Shown here piece by piece: positions 40,562 to 53,611 of a stretch of 64,000 nt of DNA (its first letter is position 1; each line of letters starts with the position of its first letter). The DNA comes from Eledone cirrhosa (taxonomy: Eukaryota). The stretch spans positions 236,778,001 through 236,842,000 of the forward strand of contig OZ024740.1 of the NCBI GenBank assembly GCA_964016885.1. Reading direction: 5' to 3'. Under the pieces are notes generated by a model. That model did not search any database. It saw nothing but the letters and a program-made list of their open reading frames with translations, and was not told where the DNA came from. The position numbers and the translations under genes are program-made.

Positions 40562-43500
40562 CATTATCATCATTTTATGTCCACTCTTCCCTGCTTGCAA
40601 GGGTGGGACGGGTCTTATTCAGCACAACGTCTCTCCACTTGTCACGGTCCTTCGTCATCTCCACCGTGAGCTTCAGCGATCTGAGGTCTGTTCTCACCAC
40701 CTCCGCCCATGTTTTTCATGGTCTACCTCTACCACGTCTTCCTTCAACTGGCATTTCCTGACACTTCTTCACCCATTGGTCATTCTCCATGCGCATCACA
40801 TGTCCATACCACTTCAGTCTCCTCTCTCGCACACTACATTCTATCCCTCTCAGACACAGTTTCTCTCTCAACACATTCATGCTGGGTCGTTTACGCACAT
40901 TGACACTGCACATCCAATGCATGCTTGCCTCATTTCTCTCCAGCCGTCGCATATCCTCTGCAGTTGCTGCCCATGTCTCACTACCATGCAGCATCGCGCT
41001 CCTCACACAAGCATCATATAACCGGCCTTTTGTACGCAGGGAAAAACCCTTCTTCATCAGCAGAGGAAGCAGTTCCCTAAACTTCTTCCAATCCGTCCTT
41101 ATTCTAGATACTATGGCCTCGGAACCCCCCCCCTCCCATGCTAATCTGATCTCTTAGGTACCGGAAGCTAATCACCACTTCTATAGCATCCACCTGCATT
41201 TGAAAAATGTGTCTATCATTGCGACTTCTACTGTCTAATTTCCCTGTACATCTACTGCATACGTATTTCTCCCTACCTGTTAGTTTGCCTGCTATCCTGC
41301 TACATCTCTTGTGTACCAAGGATCTGCATTGTGTGCATTTTATAGAATTTATGCCAGTTCCTTTTCTGCATATCGAACATGGCCATTTCCCTGACGGAAT
41401 CAGAGTTTTGTCCTCTTTTCTACTCATCAACACTTTTGTCTTAGCTAGGCTCACTCTCAGTCCTCTTGCTTCCAACTGCTATTTCCATAGCCAGAATTTA
41501 TTCTCTAGCTCCTCTACTGATTCTGCTATAAAAACCAGATCGTCAGCATAAAGAAGTTCCCATGGACAGCCAGTCTTAAACTCCTCTGTTATGGCTATAA
41601 GTTCCCATGGACAGCCAGTCTTAAACTCCTCTGTTATGACTATAATGAACAAGAGCAGGCTGAGGACCGAACCTTAATGTACTCCTATTTGTATCTGGAA
41701 TTCCTCACTAAACTCCATTCCTACCCTGACTTTACTGACAGAACCTCTGTACAAAGTTTGCACTGTCCTCACAAGCCGTTCCTCAACACCTAGTTTCCTT
41801 AGGGACCACCAGATGACAGATCGGGGTACCCTATCAAAGACCTTCTCTAGGTCAACAAAGGCTAAGTATAGTGGTTTATTTTTCTCTAAGAACCTCTCTT
41901 ATAATTGTCTCACCAAGAAGAGGGCATCTGTTGTACTCTTCCCAGGCACAAAACCAAACTGCATCTAATCTAGTTTGACCCTTTCTCTAATTAGTTGTGC
42001 TAATATCCTTTCTGCCACTTTCATAACCTGATCCATCAGTTTTATACCCCTATAATTGCTCCTCTCCAGAGCATCCCCTTTACCTTTGTATCAATTTATG
42101 AGAATACTGTTGCACCAATCTTTGGGTATGACACCACCACATATCATGCATCTCAGCAACTATCCCCGATGGTCCAGAAGCCTTACCATTTTTCATTTCC
42201 TCAATTGCCTCTTGGACCCTATATTCGTCAATCTCAATAGCTGGTCTCTCTGTCAGATCTACTGAGAGTAATTTCTCTCTCTCCCATTCGTTCTCCACAT
42301 TCATCAGTATCTCATAATGACATTTCCAGGCCTCCTTTTTCTGATCATTAGCGACACTAAGTACACCAGCATCATTCTGGGCACATTTATCTCCAACAAC
42401 ATCCTGATTTGCATTGACACACTGCCTTGCAATGTGGAACACCGCATGCCTGTGATCTTCCCGTCGCAAAACATTGGCAAACCTCCTACTCTCAGCCTCC
42501 CTGCGTGCTAAGTAAACCTGACGTCTAGCTTCTCTCTTAGCGACTGTATATCCTTCCCTACACCCACCCTTTTTCCAAGCCTTCCATGCTAGTCTTTTGT
42601 CTCTAATGGCCTTATCTACTGTGCTGTTCCACCACCAGATCACTCTCTGTCTGGTTGGAGCTCTGCTCCAGCCACAAGTTTCATCAGTAGCCTGCAGTAA
42701 GTTGTCACGTAAGAAATTCCAGTTATTATCTATGTCATACGTCTCTAAATCGTCTTCTTTTTCGTCATACACATCTTGAATGGCTTTCCTAAATTTGTAT
42801 TTTAGTGAAAGGTCTTTTAGCTTCCAGACTTTTCTTCTCCACACCTTCCTGCATGTCTCATTCCTTCTCTTGCTTACTGAGATATCACTAATGACTAACC
42901 TATGCTGTGGGGGTACATTCTTCCCCAGGGTATGCCTTGGTATTAGACACTATCTTCCTGTCTCGCTGCCTAACTAGTAAGAAGTCAATCTGGCTTATGT
43001 GCTCACCTGATTTGTAGGTTATTAGGTGGTTGGCAGGTTTCTGGAAGTTAGTGTTGCAAATAGTCAGTGTACTTGCATCACAAAATTCAAGAAGTCTCAC
43101 TCCTTCTTCATTGCTTGAGCCATAACCGTGCCCACCATGTACCCCAGTGTAACCATCCTGGAGCTGTCCAACATGACCATTGAAGTCCCCTGCTAGCATA
43201 ACGATGTCTCCGTCCTCTCTCATTGTGGTTGTTTGTAAAAGTTGCTCGTAAAAGCAATCTTTCTCTTCTTTGCCTAGGCCTGCTTGGGGAGCATAGGCAG
43301 AGATGATTGTCAGTAGTCTTCTGCTTACAACTAATCTAAGCTTAATTATTCGATTACTAACTCAAACTACCTCTATTGTCTTATTGATCCATCTCTCAGC
43401 CAGGAAAATGCCTACTCCCCCTAACCCATCATTCTTACCTACCCAGAAAAGCTTATAGCTAAGACGTTTGCCTACGACTAGTCTCGCAGAGGCACCTCTC

Positions 43501-43722
43501 CATCTCACCTCTTGCACGCAGCGCACATCCACATGCCTTCTCTCCAGCATCTCCGCTATTTCAGCAGATCTACCTCTGAGAGTGCCAACATTAAGTGTTG
43601 CAACTCTGAGATGCGACGTCTTCATATTTTGTTGTTGTTCCTATTTGTTGCTGTGCTGATAAGCGTTTTGGCAATGATACACTGGTTAAATGCCCTTCCT
43701 AACACCAGCGTGCCCTTCCTAA
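40562..43722 (-). mobile_element. Near full-length RTE family 2 LINE (AP endonuclease + RT), inactivated
   Basis: ATG at 43625: MKTSHLRVATLNVGTL...VQEVRWRG, AGDFNGHVG, SQIDFLLV; RT motifs to GRGRP; stops, frameshifts and a ~45-bp internal duplication at ~41553-41640; very short 3' UTR. Confidence 0.95.
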
Positions 43723-43873
43723 TACATATATATATTCAATGTGGTCTACCTTTTGTGGTAGGGTCTATACCATAGTTAGAACTCAATGTAATCTGTTAGC
43801 AAGTAATCAGTGAGATCCAGAGATTGGTTCCGTGTTTTGCTGAGTCAATCCTTCAGATACAGTCTGATATATT

Positions 43874-44218
43874 AGATATTAGTTTAACAATGATAATAAT
43901 AACAAAGACAAGTTATTTTACACATTCCTTTCATTATTTTACAATTGTTTTGGAGGGTTAATCATATTGATATATTGACTGATCTATAGCAGTTAGAGAA
44001 CTGTATACTATCAGACAAAATATATGGGTTCTACTTCAGAAACAAGAAGACGGTATGATCGAACCCATATATTTTGTCTGATAGTATACAGTTCTCTAAC
44101 TGCTATAGATCAGTCAATATATCAATATGATCAACCCTCCGAAATGATCGTAAAACAATGAAAGGAATATGTAAAATACCTTGCCTTTGTTAATATTATC
44201 ATTGTTAAACTAATATCT
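43874..44218. repeat. Long inverted repeat (~155-bp arms, 39-nt spacer)
   Basis: 43874-44031 versus 44071-44218; inner ~80 bp perfectly complementary. Confidence 0.93.
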
Positions 44219-44679
44219 TATACACACACACACACAGATATATAATTTTCTATGATTTAGTGTTAAAGAATAAAAACTAATAAAATTAAAATAAATTTTT
44301 AAAAAATGAGCCCTTAAGAGTGTATAGCCCTAAGCTCTACCGTATCCAGCTTATAGAAAACCTAAAGAGAAGTGTCAGATATGTTGTCACAAGAATGAGA
44401 GCAAAGTTATGTGTACTGTCTATCTTACAAATCGATCTGAGTTCAAATGCTGCTGAGCTTAGCTTTGCCTTTCATCCTTACATGGTTGATAAAATAAAGT
44501 ACCAATAATCCACTGAGGTCAATTTAATCAACTTTCCCCCAAAAAATTGTTAGTCAATATATATTGTCAGATTAGTAACACCACAGCTGTGTACAGTCTA
44601 TATTACAGTATGACTTATACTTCAACTGTGACACCACCATCATCATCATCATCGGTACAATCTGTTACAGTATGTTACA

Positions 44680-44909
44680 AATAACAGTGACATGGCTGAC
44701 ATGTCACTATGTGTGCCTTGTCATGAGCAACATCACAGCCATGTATACGATCCATGATACAGTATAATTTCTGTCACAACAGTGACATCACAGCCATATA
44801 TATATACATTCCATGTTACAGTGTGTCATTTGTCCCAATAGTGACATCACAGCCATATATACATCCCATGTTACAGTGTGTCTTATGTCACAACAGTGAC
44901 ATCACAGTC

Positions 44910-44940
<31 letters not shown>

Positions 44941-45310
44941 CCATGTTACAGTGTCTTTTGTCACAATAGTGACATCACAGCCATATATATACATTCCACA
45001 TTACAGTGTGTCTTTTGTTACAACAGTGACATCACAGCCATATATATATACCATGTTGCAGTGTATCTTTTGTCACAACAGTGACATCACAGCCATATAT
45101 ATATACATCCCATGTTACAGTGTGTCTTTTGTCACAACAGTGACATCACAGCCATATATATATACATCCCATGTTACAGTGTGTCTTTTGTCACAACAGT
45201 GACATTATAGCCTTGTGTACAATCTATATTACAATATGACTTGTACCACAATAGTGATATCACTTTGTGTAGAGTCTGTGTTACATGTCTTGAGTCACAA
45301 CAGTAACTTC
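44680..45310. repeat. ~58-bp minisatellite with internal (TA)n and TGTCAC-N4-GTGACA palindrome
   Basis: About eight good units at 44770-45210, with degenerate flanks. Confidence 0.93.
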
Positions 45311-45394
45311 ACTGCCACAACAGAAAGAATGTATGGCAACAACAGTAAATCAGTATTTTTACACTCCCTTATTTGTCTTTCTCATTGTTACCAG

Positions 45395-45489
45395 GTAAAG
45401 TGTCTGACTGTGATAATGGTATATTTATTGAGGATTTACCTATCATCACACCAAATGGAGATGTCATTGTTCCAAAACTATCTTTGAAT
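45395..45489 (+). CDS. ABCD1: ABCD1/2-like exon (NBD start)
   Basis: ccag|(G)KVSDCDNGIFIEDLPIITPNGDVIVPKLSLN|gtaagt; 95 nt, phase 1/0. Confidence 0.95.
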
Positions 45490-46574
45490 GTAAGTTGCAT
45501 ATTATTCCTCATCTTTTACATTATTGTATTGCAGATATGAACTACTTCAAATATGAATCACATCAAACGTTTATATATGTTTACTTTGTCCTTTCTATCA
45601 TCATCGAATTATGTGTACGACTGAGGATGTCTTTCATGGTAATATCAACGACCAGTTAGTTTTCTGGCTCAAAGAAACTATTTTCCAATCTTAGTCTAAA
45701 ACAAGTCTGAAATCAGTGATAAAAAGACCAGCAAAACAAAATGGCATCCATCATGACTGACAATGCACATGCTCTTTTCCATGTCAAGGGAAGTCACTGC
45801 ATTTATACATTTTCCATTACACAGATATTTACTAAGGATGTCCTAGAAATATTAAACAGGACTTTCTCTTGATTGATGGTTGGTGAACTGCTGTACAGCA
45901 ACTGTCACACATAACTAGAGCCCATGGTTAGTGGATGACAATGGTGACAAAAATAACTGCTAAACTCTGATAACAATAAAAAGATACTCTATGACACTGC
46001 GAGACTGAATCCTAGAGTATTAAACAAAGACTGCATAATAAAAACTTCTTTAGGGTTAGAAAATAATTTAGGTCCCAACATCTGCTAAACCTTTACAGAA
46101 CTGAAGTGCAACTGACAATGGGACACTCCTTCCACATCTAGAATGGTGCTGCTACTATACAAACATATATCCTTGATCACATCCAAAGAAGCCACCATTG
46201 ATTAGCATCAATTTACTCACTAAGACACAGCAACTTATAGATGTGTTATCTGCTCACTCTGACATTTCTATCACCAATATTACAGTGTGTTTTGTTCTTT
46301 AGAGATGAGTGGTCTTGTGCTAGCTCCACTCAGGCCCTCATATATGCTCTGCACTGACCACTATGTCCAGTCCTTCCTCCCCAGAATATTAGATCTCTGG
46401 AATCCTTTCCTGTACAATTTTTCCTGCAACCTTCAACAGGAATTTTAACTGTTGATCTTGTCCTGTGTGTCTATATGCTTTATACCTACTTATAGCTTAT
46501 TGAACTGAGATAGTGAAGAGTTAATTAATTTGTCTATAAACTGTAATTATTTATAGATTATATGTGTGTATATC

Positions 46575-47120
46575 CCAGGAAGGTACCATAGAAGTAGTTG
46601 ATAATTTCTGTTACTTGGATGATGTAATTAGCAGTAGAGGAGGGTGCTTATAAAGCATAATAGCTAGAATAAAAACAGACTACATTTGCTGACTACAAAG
46701 GGATTTTAACTATAAGCAAAGGGTAGATTGTTGCATGGCAGTGAGACATGGGCAGTGAATGCAAAATATATGCAGTGGCTAGAGAGAAATGAAATGAGCA
46801 TGATCCATTGGATGTGTAATGTTAATGTGCATGGATGAACTGGAAACAAAACTGGGTATAAGAGGTATAAGAGAAATTAGATGTAGTGCAAGAGAGAAGA
46901 CTGCACTGATATGGGTGACTGCTGAGTGAAGAAATGCCAGTAGAAGGAAGCTGTTGTAGAGGAAGACCAAGAAAAACCCAAAGAGGGATGGTTAGAGCTA
47001 ATCTCAAAATGCTGAATTTTACAGATAAGATGATGAGTGGAGGAGGTGGGGCTCTGCTGGAAAGGCCATGTCAACCGATGCAAGCATGGAAAAAAAAAGA
47101 GAATTAAAATGATGATGATA
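46575..47120 (+). mobile_element. Old degenerate RTE 3' fragment
   Basis: EGTIEVVDNFCYL..., HGSETWA and GRPRK remnants; tail CCGATGCAAGCATGGAAAA...GATGATGAT. Confidence 0.8.
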
Positions 47121-48414
47121 ATATATTTGAAAATATGTTTGTATATTTTGGAAGCTGCCACAATATAGATTACTATAAATGATAGTTGATAACTATAAAT
47201 ATTAATTGAATAAATCAGGTAAAGAGACAGGAAAAAGTGAACAAAAACATCTGCGAGAATCAAACCATGCAAACCTGCCATATGTGAGCCAACCATGCTT
47301 ATCCATTACACCAAAGTGCATCAAGCCACTAATTACCATCTTTTAGAATCTTTAAATGTTAAGCTAGAAGTGTAAACAATATTTGATGTATCTTGAAAAT
47401 ATGTTTGGAAAACCATCACAATGCAGATAACTATAAATAATATTAACTACATCAGACTACATAAATTTGGTTTCAGAAGAACTCAGATATAATATTTTGG
47501 TCCTAAATGTGGTATTTTATCAGAGATATCATGTATGTAGCTCATCAAAGCACCCCACTCTTATCAATGGCTAAACTTCAATAATTGTCACAATAAAATT
47601 AAAACCACATATTTTAATTAGTTTAACTGGCGTTGAATTTTGTACACTTTTTAGAGGTAAAATACTTTTATCTTTATTCAACATGGTCATCTTTTTTTAT
47701 GATGTCAAGGGAGATATGCTGTTGGTGTTACAGCTCACACCTATGTAGGTCGCCTCCTACAAGATATCCCCACTAACAGCCATTGGAGGTTTTTTGTGTG
47801 TTTTAATGATAGGGGGCAGCAGTCTTATCATGAAAACACTCACTACCAGACATCAGTCCATTGCAAGGATTATCTCCAGCTGCTTGCTGGTACTCATTTT
47901 TTTTCCAGCCGAGTGGACTCACAGTTATAAGGTTATTGGTTCAATTCCTCGGCCTATTGGCACATTGCATCCTTGAACAAGACACTTCATTTCACATTGC
48001 CCCAGTTCACTCAGACACTCATTTAGGATTATGGATTTGCTGTACACTGTTGAATCTCCTGAATCATTGTTCATCTTATCTATGTGTTCTAACAATGGGA
48101 AATCTAACCTCACCATGTCTTACCATATCTTTTGTTATTGAAACATATTACATTTCCACTGATACTGATCATCCATTGACATTGTATGCCTATACAAACA
48201 CATCATATGACCACACCATCTCTCCTAAATACATCAACTGATGACTTTAGCATATATCTACTGCTCTTTCACCTCTCTTCTGTTCTGCCTTTCATGTAGA
48301 CTAACATTACACATCTAACACATCCTTTTTTTCTTTCTATATTCATTCTCTTAAATGTAATATATTAAGATTTACAAATTGTTTAAATCTGAAAATTAAT
48401 TCTTTTATCTGTAG

Positions 48415-48560
48415 ATAACTCCCGGTACTCACCTTCTAATCACTGGACCAAATGGCTGTGGAAAATCATCTTTGTTTCGAATTCTAAGTGGATTATGGCC
48501 AACTTATCAAGGAACTCTCAAGAAACCAACAACTAATCACATGTTCTATATACCTCAACG
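48415..48560 (+). CDS. ABCD1: ABCD1/2-like exon (Walker A, Q-loop)
   Basis: gtag|[48 protein letters not shown](R)|gtatgt; 146 nt, phase 0/2. Confidence 0.97.
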
Positions 48561-50148
48561 GTATGTTTGAGAACCAGAGAAATGTTATATCAACTCTTTC
48601 ATTACCTTAATTCTAATGAAAGACAATGTTTATGATTTTCAAATAATTTTGAAAATGATCAAGAATTTGGAAGGATATAGTAATGTAACTAATCTTCTCA
48701 CTATTAAACCGGTGTCTGGAATATAACTTAACAAAGGTTCTTACATAAAGTTATGATGGAACTGTATTGTGAAACTGTTCCTGGTTTTAAGTATTTATTA
48801 TTATAAACACTTAAAACAAATAATTCTGTATTGTAAAACCAGGAATTGTTTCAGACATTTTCGTTTCAAGATGGTTAAGTAAATCAAACAGGTTTCTGAA
48901 TGAACAATAATTTTTCTGTGAGATCAGCACGCCTGCTTCCAGTAGCTAGTTGACTATTATTTCTGACCAACTTGGTCGACAAAATTTGAACCAGCACCAA
49001 GTCTTTTTTGTTTACTTTTGTTAGTGTTTTAGATCTCTTGGAATTTAAGCCAATATTAGCAGTCACAGGCTGTGTCATTTATTTCTTCATGTGTCCATAT
49101 ACAGAGCTTCCATTACAGTTTTGTGACAGGAGAGACTTAAGTATATATACTGTATATGTGTATTATTATTATTAACTCATGCTTTTTTATCACCAATATG
49201 GGACTAAGAAAGAAGTTAAACACATGATCATACTAACATATTTAGAGTCAAAAGAAAATCAGTGTAGTATAAACCAAAGCAACTATATTGAAACAAATTA
49301 TTGGAGGGGTTTAAGTCCCTTAGTGCTGGCAGGCTTGATATATGGAAGTTTCTATGAAACAGTGAAATATTATTTCAGTCTAACAATTTTACTTTCTGTT
49401 AGTGCCTTATATCTTTTTGGATGTTTTGTGTTTGTTTGTGTATTTCTATGTATTTGTAGAAAATCTTCTATCAAAGTTATTCCAATCATTTCTAGTGTCT
49501 TGTATTGAAATAGTGTAACTAGGACTACATTATCTAATGTGTTCATACTATTTTTAAAATAGTAGTGTTATTTGACTGTTATTTCTAACATTTAAAACGA
49601 TTTCATAGACGCTCCCACAATTAGTGCTTGTTTATTTTGAGTGTATCTTCTCTAATTTAAAGATTCTAACATTTTTGGAATATGGAAATTGTATTGCCAC
49701 CGATAACAACATTGAGCAATCAAGAGTGCCTCTGATAGGTCACATAACTTGCTTAAAATAGCTAAATTTTGCTCATCCACACTCTACTGTCAAGACACAA
49801 ATACTTTTGATCGTATGTCTGTTCCATGAGTATTTATATTTTTAATCCTTTTGTTACCATATTTCTAATGAAATACACTCTGTGCTTTAATTAATTTTGA
49901 AAATAATCAAATAACTAAATTTTTCATTAGTAAGCTGATATTTAAAACATTATCTAACAAAAATTTCTGAAATAAAATTATGATGGCAGGATTTAATATA
50001 AGTGTGAACATTTTAAAATGAGCTCTTTTGCATCATAAAAGCAGGGTGGTTTGGTATTAAAGTATTATGAAATAAGAACTGGACACTTAAACAGTTGCTA
50101 TATCGAACACAGGTGTTGTCTATTTTTTTTTTCTTCTGTCTATTTCAG

Positions 50149-50294
50149 CCCTTACATGTCAATAGGTAGTCTAAGAGAACAGGTGATTTACCCTCATACT
50201 GTTAGTGATATGAAGGCAAAAGGGATGACTGATAAGCATTTAGAGGAAATCCTTTCTATTGTCCATCTTCAACATATTGTCAACCGAGAAGGGG
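50149..50294 (+). CDS. ABCD1: ABCD1/2-like exon
   Basis: ttcag|(R)[48 protein letters not shown](G)|gtgagt; 146 nt, phase 2/1. Confidence 0.96.
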
Positions 50295-52079
50295 GTGAGT
50301 TACAGTTTTATTTTGTTTTCAGAGTTGTGTTTATTATGTTAATGAGAGGACAACATCATATGGTATGATCAAACATTCTGTTAGAAATATTCCAATTCAT
50401 GTGATTAGTGTCAAAGAAATCTTATAATTATACAACTTAACTAAAGTCTCTTTCATGCCAGTCAAACGGCTTGTGTCAAGGGCAGTAACTCTGTTTTTGC
50501 GAATATTTTCCAGTACAGGGACATCACCAATTTTCTGGTACTCTTTGTTCCAATTGTGCCAGATGGTCTTTTTTGTCAGACTATATAACATTTCTCAAGA
50601 AAGATATCATGAAATCAGAAACATTTTCCCAACAGTTCAACTAAAAAAATATGATGGCACAGATACTTAAATCTAATACCACATGAATTAATATGAATTG
50701 CTATGTCGTGAGAATTTCAAGTGTCCAGCAATAATCATATTCAGATTAAAAGAAGTATTCATACTGGACCATCAGTTACCAGAAAGTCGAAGTTATACAC
50801 CATTTTATGTCAGGAAGACATGGATATATTAGATATCTATGTCAATTGATATCTTGTATATTGTCTTACTACATACTAGACAATTAGTAATATCAGGTTT
50901 ACTACATGGTAATGCATCTGAAATGGAGAACACGCAATATATTTTCTATAAAGCAGTGTTTATTGAATAGTTCAAACTGATATATAATAATTATCACATA
51001 AATTTGATTGACAAACTACATTATGTTAGATGTGTAAGGTTTGTTAGATTCTGATGTAACCTACATTGATTCCCTGGTGAAAATGAAATGCCTGCCAGTT
51101 ACTTTTCAATTTGAAAACGTCATTATTATTAGTTCATTTAAACGGGCCATTGGATATCACAAATACTAACAATTGTAATTTAAAAAATATATGTTCAATT
51201 AATGCCTTAAGACCTTTATCATAACATATATTGGATATATTTAATAAATATCAATGTATGATTGTAGAAATATATATATATATATATATTTATTGTTTGC
51301 TGCTCTGCCTGTCTTTGTTTTCTCTATGAAATCAACCTGGTAGTGTGCTTCTACTATGATTATTTTTTTTCAATATGAATCAACGTCAGCATGTGTTCCT
51401 GTAAATTGGTCAGGCTTGGCCTACCTTCCCTTTCATGTGATGTCATGCATCACAGAAAATTTGAAGATTACTACTACATCACTTGTGTCCACGAACCTGG
51501 TGTGCTCACTAGCCATATGGAACTTTCCAGTTCAGGGAGGTGAACTCTGCTGATAAAGCGATTCCTGCTTAATTATGTAATGTACACTAACATTACCTAA
51601 TTTCTGTACATGGTGGTTCCATTCGGACCACCGCCAGCAGATCAAAATTGTAGAAACAGGTGCATTGGTCCAGGTTACTCAAATTTCCTACCCACATGAA
51701 ATCATCTTCCTCACTGATTAACCAATAAGTGTACACTCTAATCGATTGGGTTCAAATTTTAACAATACAGAGCTAATTAAATTATTGAGTGTATGAGAAA
51801 ATGACCAAAGCTGTGTCCATTCTATTCGATAAGCTTCATTAAGGCACTAGAAGTTATAGGACGCCCCGAAAGAGGAAGACTCAGGAAGACGTGGGATGAA
51901 ACAACAAAGGCTGACCTGGCTCAGCTGAATCTCCCAACGGAGATGACATGGGACTGAGACCTCTGGTGCTACAATGTATGAGAAAAGATCTGTGTCGACA
52001 ACTCAACCCCAGACCCTGCTCATAACAGTGCCACCCAGCCCCACACTGTAAATGTGGTTGACAGTAGGACCACCCAGTA

Positions 52080-53099
52080 ACATAACTTTAGAGTGCAAGG
52101 GTGGTGTGTACAGGAGGGAGTATAGTGGTTAAGAGGTGCCTACAAGAAGTGTGTACATAGGAAAGCTTGTCTTCTGTATTACTGCATAACGCCAAAGATC
52201 TCGATCCTGTGTCATTGTCTTTGAGAGGTGCAATTGTGCAAGGTCAGCTTTTATCACCTCATTCCAAGTCTTCCTCGGTCTTCCTACTCCATAGCTTCCA
52301 TCAAATTTGATTACCCTGCACCTTTTTATACAACTGTCACCCTCTGTCATCCTTCATATGCAACACGTGACCAAACCAATGCAATCTTCTCTCTAGTATA
52401 TCGCATTTGACCCCTCTTATGCGTAATTTCTCTCTTAGTTCAGTTACGCTTTGCTGTTCGTGTATATTACTATTACACATCCATCGGAGCATGCATGCTT
52501 CATTTCTTTCCAATCTTCTCATGTCCTCAGTGCCCAGGTCTCACTACCATGCAACATTGTTGTTCGTATACATGCATCGTACAGCCTTCCCTTCAATTTA
52601 AGGGAAAGAAAATTTTGTAGCTAACAGCGGTAATAGCTCTCTGAACTTCTTCCATCCCATTCTTACTCTGGCTACTGTACTTTCAGAACACCCTCCTCCA
52701 CTGCTGATTACATCACCCAAGTAACGGAAATTGTTGACTTCTTCTATAGATCCATTAGGGCATTTGAAGGAGCTAGTATCCTGTGGGCACTTGCCACTTA
52801 CTGCACCTGAGCATCAGCCACATATATAACCTATGAGCCCTGATAGCTTGCCTGTGACCCCACTACATCTTTTATGTACCCATAGCTTGAATTTGGGACA
52901 TAGAATGGAATTGCTACCTACTTCTTTCCTGTATATTGAGCAAGGCCTTTTCCCAGTTGGAATCTGGGCCCTATTTTGCTTTCTATATACTAGAACTTTA
53001 GTCTTAGACAAGTTAACTTTAAGACCTTTTGATTCTAGGCCAAGCTTCCAGACTTGGAATTTCTTCTCTAAATCTGCCAAAGTTTCAGTTATGAGAGTT
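52080..53099 (-). mobile_element. Diverged RTE family 1-like LINE, 5'-truncated, abutting an exon acceptor
   Basis: [30 protein letters not shown]...GRPRKTW; a short opposite-strand RTE 3' piece lies at ~51850-52075. Confidence 0.9.
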
Positions 53100-53113
53100 T
53101 TTTGTATTTGTAG

Positions 53114-53198
53114 GTTGGAATGCCATGAATGACTGGAAAGATGTCTTCTCTGGAGGAGAAAAACAGCGTATGGGAATAGCAAGACTATTTTACCATAA
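53114..53198 (+). CDS. ABCD1: ABCD1/2-like exon (ABC signature)
   Basis: gtag|(G)[27 protein letters not shown](K)|gtaagt; 85 nt, phase 1/2. Confidence 0.97.
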
Positions 53199-53512
53199 GT
53201 AAGTAACATTTATCTTATATATTCTGTGATTTAGGACCCAAATCAATATTAATATACGTCTAGATCGTTCATCAGACAGAGATGTCTGATGAACGATCTA
53301 CACATATATTCTGTGATTTATATTATTTCTAGACTTTGATAAAATCAATTCTAAAAAATAATCTTTATTTACAGCCTTACAAATACTTTTACTCGTTTAA
53401 TAAATTTATTTTCTGTTTAATCAGGGTTCTAGACTAAATTTATACTTAAAAGGTATTTCATTAACTTTTAACATTCTGTACCATATCAAACCTCATTATC
53501 TAGACATTCTTG

Positions 53513-53611
53513 CCGGGGTTAACTTTGCCTTTCATCCTTACGGGGTCGATAAAATAAAGTACCAGTAATGTACTGGGTATTTGCTGGCCTTGTGCCAAAA
53601 AAGTAGAAACA
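53513..53611 (+). mobile_element. 5'-truncated SINE-B with 18-bp TSD
   Basis: TSD ATTATCTAGACATTCTTG at 53495-53512 and 53612-53629. Confidence 0.88.

Noticed and set aside
44680-45310. Repeat-spacer-like pattern in the ~58-bp repeat
   Set aside because: The variable part is only (TA)n length; it is an ordinary minisatellite.
50390-51830. Coding-looking intronic stretches (ORFs 50397-50591 and 51356-51553)
   Set aside because: No recognisable motifs or splice structure; possibly old transposon debris, but unsupported.
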